Below are positions 40,576 to 64,000 of a stretch of 64,000 bases of DNA, piece by piece; position 1 is the stretch's first letter, and each line of letters starts with the position of its first letter. This DNA comes from Octopus vulgaris (Eukaryota). A model generated the notes under the pieces. The model was not told where the DNA came from and made no database searches. It saw only the letters and a program-made list of their open reading frames with translations. The stretch covers positions 682,001 through 746,000 of the forward strand of contig OX597839.1 in the NCBI GenBank assembly GCA_951406725.2, given 5' to 3'. A program made the position numbers and the translations under genes.

Positions 40576-41488
40576 GCGGACCTGGACAACAGTCACCACT
40601 CCCGAACTGACTTTTCCGATTTTTTCTTTTCGCCGGATTCCCATGTTTTCGATGACGGAGATTTCGAATATGCAGAAAAACACATTTGGAAAATTTTTAA
40701 TCAACCCCCACCCCCACCCCCACCCCCACCCCACCCCAAATATTTAATTTTCATCTTCCTTTTCGAATTTCTTTTTTCTCGATCTATGTGGAAAAATACG
40801 GCGATTAAGAATATGGGAGAAAAAGACACCCCCCCCCCGCACAAAAAAAAAAAAAAATTTAATTTCAAATTTTTTTTTATAATGAAAAACTCCAAAATTG
40901 ATCCACACCGCTTCCGGCTGTCTAAAAGTGGAAATGAACGGCTGTTTTGTCCGTCATTGAAAACATGGGAATCCGGTGGAAAAAAAATCCGACAGGTCAC
41001 TTAGGTGTGTGTGTGTGTATGTGTGTAATTTCTTCCATGCTATACTCTTCCATGCTATATCACAAGCTCATATCATTATGAACATTTTCGAGTATATTTA
41101 TAGTATGTATGTGTTTTCCAGTCTTCAACTGATAACCTTTGACCTTTATTTGCTCCAAGATTCAGCATTACCTTATTTGTTTAATATTTACCTAATTTCT
41201 CTTTCTCCTCGTCATTATAGTTTAGTCACACTGCATTCTGTTCTAAGAAACTGTGACGTTTTCTTAGAAAGCGAGTTTTATTTTTGTCTCCCCTTGCGCT
41301 TCAAAAAACTTAAGATGGAAGGCGAGTAAAAGTGAAACTAAACAGTTTCTAGGAATATGACTTGCATATAACAAGCATTCCAAGTAAATAATAAGCAATT
41401 AGATAACGTTGGATCTCTCAGTAAAAATAGCTATATATAATAGCATGTAAACCCCATTATTCACACAGTGTCACCCAGAACATTAAGA

Positions 41489-41536
<48 letters not shown>

Positions 41537-41904
41537 TAATAAATAAAATAAAACATATGCATATATATAAACATATATGTACGTACCTACCTCTACATGT
41601 ACATATACACGCATATATGAGTACAGGACACCAAAAGGACGTCGAACACATAGAGAGACGAAAAACATAGACACAAACCAAAGGAACTGGACATTTTTTA
41701 AAACAAAAAAAAAAAAAAAAAAAAAAAGATATAGATATAGATATATACATACATACATACATACATACATACATACATACATACATACATACATACATAC
41801 ATACATAAATACATAAATACATACATACATACATACATAAAATACATACATACATACATACACACACACATACATACATACATACATACATACATACACA
41901 CACA

Positions 41905-41938
<34 letters not shown>

Positions 41939-42133
41939 CATACATACACACATACATATATACATACATACATACATACATACATACATACATACATACA
42001 TACATACATACATACATACATGCATGTGTGCATGAGTGTGTGTGTGTGTGTAGCGTACAGATATTGTATATTGAGAAAAAAGGTCACCAGAATTTTGGGA
42101 AAAATTTAGTTTATTCATAATTATTACCGCTTT

Positions 42134-42216
<83 letters not shown>

Positions 42217-42549
42217 ATATATATACATATACTGCGTGTGTACCGTTGGCGATTTTTTTTCCTCTGTCTTCCCTTCTCTGGATCTTTCATTCTCCTATGT
42301 TTCCGACGAAGAGTTCCCTTCGAAACGTTAAACCCTCCTTCTTTCCTTCGTTCCTGAGCGTCCAATAATACTATATTTGTTCCACATCCTCGCGTTGTTG
42401 TGTTTTTTTTTTTACTTTCATGTTTGGATTAACTCTACATATATACACTACCTGTCTTCGCCTTTTGTTTTTTTCGTAAACTTTCCCTATATATATATAT
42501 ATATATATATATAGCAGCGTACGTACACTTTGCCTTATATATATATATA

Positions 42550-43745
42550 GACACACACCCATACATACATACACCTATACACACACGCCTACACACATAC
42601 ATACACACATACATAAACACACACACATACACATACATATACATACGCACACACACATATACTTACACACACACATGCACACACACACACACATACATAC
42701 ATACATACACCCATACACATACACACACATACTTACATACTCCTATACGCACATACATACACACAGACATACACACATACACACTCACACATACATACAC
42801 ACACATACTTACACACACACTCGCCTGCACGCGCACACACACATGCATGACAAACACCCATACACTCACACTCACATACACACACACCAACATATACACG
42901 CACAAGCACACATACACGCACACACACACCTACACTCCCACACACATACATACGCACCTACATACACACACACACGCATACACACGCACACACACGCATA
43001 CATACATATATTACATACGTACACACACACCTACATACACATGCATACACACACACACACAAACATACACGGACACACCCATTCATACATACATACATAC
43101 ACCTATACACACACGCCTACACACCTACATACACACACATGCATACACACACATACACGGACACACCCATACCTACTTACATACATACACCTATACACAC
43201 ACGCCTACACACCTACATACACACATGCATACACACACACACATGTACGCACATACACACACATATACGCACATACATATATACTTACATACATGCACCC
43301 ACACACACACACACACATACATACGCACATGCATGCATGCATGCACACGCGCACAGCTACACGCATGTACGCATACATGCATACACACACACACACGCAC
43401 GTACACATACATACACATACACATACATGCATCCTATACACACAGACATACACACTCACACATACATCTACACACACACACTCACTCACACACCTGCATG
43501 CACGCGCACACACATGCACATACACACACTTCCACACACACATACGTACATACATATACACTCATACACATACACACACACATACACACGGACATACATC
43601 TATACACACACATATACACACACATACATACACACACATTTGACACCCAGACATACACACAGACACACTCACACATCCACACACACACATACTTACACAT
43701 ACACTCGCAGGCGCGCGCACATACACGCATGCATGCACCACGCCC
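42550..43745. repeat. Degenerate (CA/TA/CG)n low-complexity tract
   Basis: About 1.2 kb of alternating purine-pyrimidine sequence; source of spurious His/Thr ORFs. Confidence 0.95.
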
Positions 43746-44549
43746 GTGGGTACCGACTAGATCTCCTGTTCGTATCTGGGGCCGGCGCGTGTCTTTGGGT
43801 TTCTCCTACGCCTGTCACCGCGGGAGCACTCTTCCATCTTTCCCTCAGTTGCAGTTTGTTTCCTTAATACCCCCCCTTTTGTACACACACGCACACACAT
43901 ACATACATCCACTCCCACGCACTCACACGCACACACATTTGCATATATATATACATTACACTTACACACACTTCAAATTTACTTGCCATACATACAACTA
44001 CGCACACTGGACACACACACACTACCACTCAACACACACACTGGCACGTTACATACGCCCCCACCCTTTCCAACCTTCCTCCTTTTACTACTGACCACTC
44101 ACTTGAGACTGCTATGTCAACTACTTTTCGCCCTACGTACACACACTTACATACAGACGCACGCACTAACATATACATATATATTTCTTTTTATCTCGCC
44201 TCACACACACATACACACATGCACATGTACATACTCACACATACATACACATCATTCTTGTTACCAACCTTCCTGTCTCCGCTCTTTTGTCTTTAAAAAC
44301 CAGCCCTTGTTATCCAAAACTTCCGGCCTTTCAGCATGTTTACTTCGTAAAAACCAGTCGCGTTTTTTTCCCTCCGTTCGCCCACATCGGGATCTTTCTT
44401 TCTTCTTTCTTCCTTCTCTTATGTTTCCGACGAAGAGCTCCGCTCGAAACGTCATACCCTCCTTCTTCCATTTTTCCTGAGCGCCTAATAATAATAATAC
44501 TTTAATTGTTCCACGTGTTGTTGTTTTTTCTGTTTTCCCGTTTGGATTA

Positions 44550-44611
<62 letters not shown>

Positions 44612-45008
44612 GGTGTAGGAGTGGCTGTGTGGTAAGTAACTTGCCTACGAACCACATGGTTCCGGGTTCAGTCCCACTGCGTCGCACCTTGGGCAAGTGT
44701 CTTCTACTATAGCCTTGGGCCGACCAAAGCCTTGTGAGTGGATTTGGTAGATGGAAACTGAAAGAAGCCCGTCGTATATATGTATATATATATATATACG
44801 TATGTGTGTGTACATTTTTGTGTGTCTGTGTTTGTACCGCCCAACATCGCTTGACAACCGATGCTGGTGTGTTTACGTCCCTGCGGTTCGGCAAAAGTGA
44901 CCGATAAAAGTACTAGGCTTACAAAGAATAAGTCCTGGAGTCAATTTGCTCTACTCAAGGCGGTGCTCCAGCATGTGCCACAGTCAAATGACTGAAACAA
45001 GTAAAAGC

Positions 45009-45100
<92 letters not shown>

Positions 45101-45127
45101 GTATATATATATGTATATATATATATG

Positions 45128-45302
<175 letters not shown>

Positions 45303-45371
45303 GTATTTATATGTATATGTATATATATATATATGTGTGTGTATATATATGTGCATATATATATATGTGTG

Positions 45372-45405
<34 letters not shown>

Positions 45406-45659
45406 TTACATATATACATATATAAATACGTATATACATATATAAATACGTATATATATATATAAATACATATATATAAATATATATATTTATACACACA
45501 TATGCACACACATATATATATATATATATACACACACACATATATATATATATACATATAGACATATATATGTATACATATATACATATATATATACAAA
45601 TATATATACATATATATACACCCTTATATATATATATAGTCCACTTTAACAATTATATT

Positions 45660-45693
<34 letters not shown>

Positions 45694-46233
45694 ATTGTTA
45701 AAATGGACTACAATCTTTAAGGCAAGGCAAACATCTCAAGTCATATGCATTATTATTGGAACGTCGACTTCGAGATTTGCTTGGTATTGATGGTATCCAG
45801 TGCTGACTATGGGGCGATCCTATAGGATTCTGTAGCTCCTTCTCACTAAATTCGTTTATTTGGATCACTTACATATTTATTTGTAATCAACTAATAAATA
45901 GATATAATTGAATGCTTACAAGCTGATGTTTGTCGATTGTTTATCCTCTCCATTTTCTTATTTGCCTTATATAAGGATCAATTTTGCCTTATATAAGGCC
46001 ACATTACCCTTATTTTTACCCTTTTACCTTTATACTTGTTTCAGTCATTTGACTGCGGCCATGCTGGAACACCGCCTTTAGTCGAGCAAATCGACCCCGG
46101 GACTTATTCTTTGTAAGCCCAGTACTTATTCTATCGGTCTCTTTTGCCGAACCGCTAAGTGACGGGGACGTAAACACACCAGCATCGGTTGTCAAGCAAT
46201 GCTAGGGGTACAAACACAGAAACACAAACATAA

Positions 46234-46268
<35 letters not shown>

Positions 46269-46852
46269 CATATATACGACAGGCTTCTTTCAGTTTCCGT
46301 CTACCAAATCCACTCACAAGGCATTGGTCGGCCCGGGGGCTATAGCAGAAGACACTTGCCCAAGATGCCACGCAGTGGGACTGAACCTGGAACCATGAGG
46401 TTGGTTAGCAAGCTACTTACCACACAGCCACTCCTGCGCCTTAGTATAATTTTATCTAAAATCTCCTAGAAGTTAAGGGGATAGACCATTTTGTACCAGC
46501 GACATCATAGTTACAACTATGTTGTTGTTCGTACAAAATGTTCTTTGTCTATCTCTTTAACCTTTTGGAGATTTTAGGTAAAATTATTCTAATGTGTCCA
46601 TCCGTTCTAATTTAATTATATTCTATGTCTTTGTGCAGCTGAAAATTGCTCTACATTTTAAATTGATGTAGTGAAATGATTACATTGTTCAATTAAATGG
46701 AGTTGCATGAAACGATCGTACTGCATTACCTCTGGATATCCTTGTTGCTTATTTTGATTTTAATCACCTTATTTTAAATTGTATGGATAATACCGTACTA
46801 AATTCTGGTGCCTCAACTTAGGTACCATATTCATCTGAATCTACACACACAG

Positions 46853-46884
<32 letters not shown>

Positions 46885-47364
46885 TATATTATATTAAATT
46901 AGAGATAAAACCACTATTAGGCAAATCAAACAGTGAAAATCATAAGCCAATACATAGAAATAAAATTAATTAAAAAATATATAAAAAATATAAAATATAA
47001 AATATAAAAATCCAATTAAAATATTTAAATTAAAGTTAAAATTTTAAAAAATTATTTAAATTAATAATTTAAACTTATAAATTATAAATATGTATATATT
47101 TTTATTATTATTTTATTTAACTATTTATTTTTTATTTTTATTTATATATATTTTTATTATTTTTTAATATATTTTTATATTTTTATATTTATTTATTTAT
47201 TTATTTATTTATTTTTTTAAACTATCAAAAAGTATTAAAAGTTTAATATAAGATAAAGAGTATATATGTATGTATGTATGTATGCATATATGTGTGTGTA
47301 AATGTTTATATTTTCTCGTTGTTTCAGGTAAATTTGAACAGGTAAATTTGAATGTGTGGAAACA

Positions 47365-63257
<15,893 letters not shown>

Positions 63258-64000
63258 GTAAGTGACTATTTTCATTTAGTTTTGTTGTTGTCACTGATTA
63301 ACCACATTGAGCACACCATATCAAAAATATTCCAGATATAGGATATTTAAGGCTACATTATCTAGTGTGTCATTCTTACCTTTAGCTTATTTTCAGGTCA
63401 GCCCTCAGTAAGTAAACTTAAGATCAAAAGTATTCCAGCCATTGCAAATCCTCAACCTATCTGATTTCAGGCATGTTCTATTCAAGGTTATGTTTTTCCA
63501 ATAACTCTTTACTCTCTCTTTTACTCTTTTACTTGTTTCAGTCATTTGACTGCGGCCATGCTGGAGCACCGCCTTTAGTTGAGCAAATCGACCCCGGGAC
63601 ATATTCTTTGTAAGCCCAGTACTTATTCTATCGGTCTCTTTTGCCGAACCGCTAAGTGACGGGGACGTAAACACACCAGCATCGGTTGTCAAGCAATGCT
63701 AGGGGGACAAACACAGACACACAAACACACACACATATATATATATATACATATATACGACAGGCTTCTTTCAGTTTCCGTCTACCAAATCCACTCACAA
63801 GACATTGGTCGGCCCGGGGCTATAGTAAAAGACACTTGCCCAAGATGCCACGCAGTGGGACTGAACCCGCAACCATGTGGTTGGTTAGCAAGCTACTTAC
63901 CACACAGCCACTCCTGCGCTTTTTCTCAAATAAGACGGTAGGATTGAATTCAAAGGAGTTTTAGTGGCTATTTCTAGCAGACTGAGTAAAGACACAGTGC

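Overview
AT-rich, microsatellite- and SINE-saturated animal genomic DNA. The repeat landscape (three tRNA-headed SINE families, (TA)n/(CA)n/(TAA)n seas, Penelope-like termini) points to a coleoid cephalopod, most likely Octopus; this is inference. Almost all ORFs in the supplied track are artefacts of microsatellites or SINEs. Manual splicing gives two intron-rich + strand genes. (1) An apparently intact CYP3-clan (CYP3A-like) cytochrome P450 with 13 exons at 62-27751; its first coding exon lies upstream of the window. It has all core motifs and an exon layout close to human CYP3A4. (2) A divergent Mind bomb (MIB2-like) gene with 8 exons at 47365-63257 that runs off the 3' end. It has two Mib repeats from a duplicated three-exon module followed by ankyrin repeats, and no visible MZM region or first ankyrin repeats. 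Between the genes, bounded by (TA)n, is an array of near-identical 535-bp units. Each unit carries a complete type I hammerhead ribozyme motif on the minus strand, giving a retrozyme/Penelope-like structure that is the most interesting signal here. A second well-formed hammerhead sits in sense orientation in a CYP intron, and several degenerate ones sit in microsatellite-embedded Penelope-like termini. Also present: R4/Dong-like and CR1 LINE 3' ends, mariner relics, piggyBac-, hAT- and Merlin-like MITEs, Helitron fragments, minisatellites and a 100-N assembly gap.
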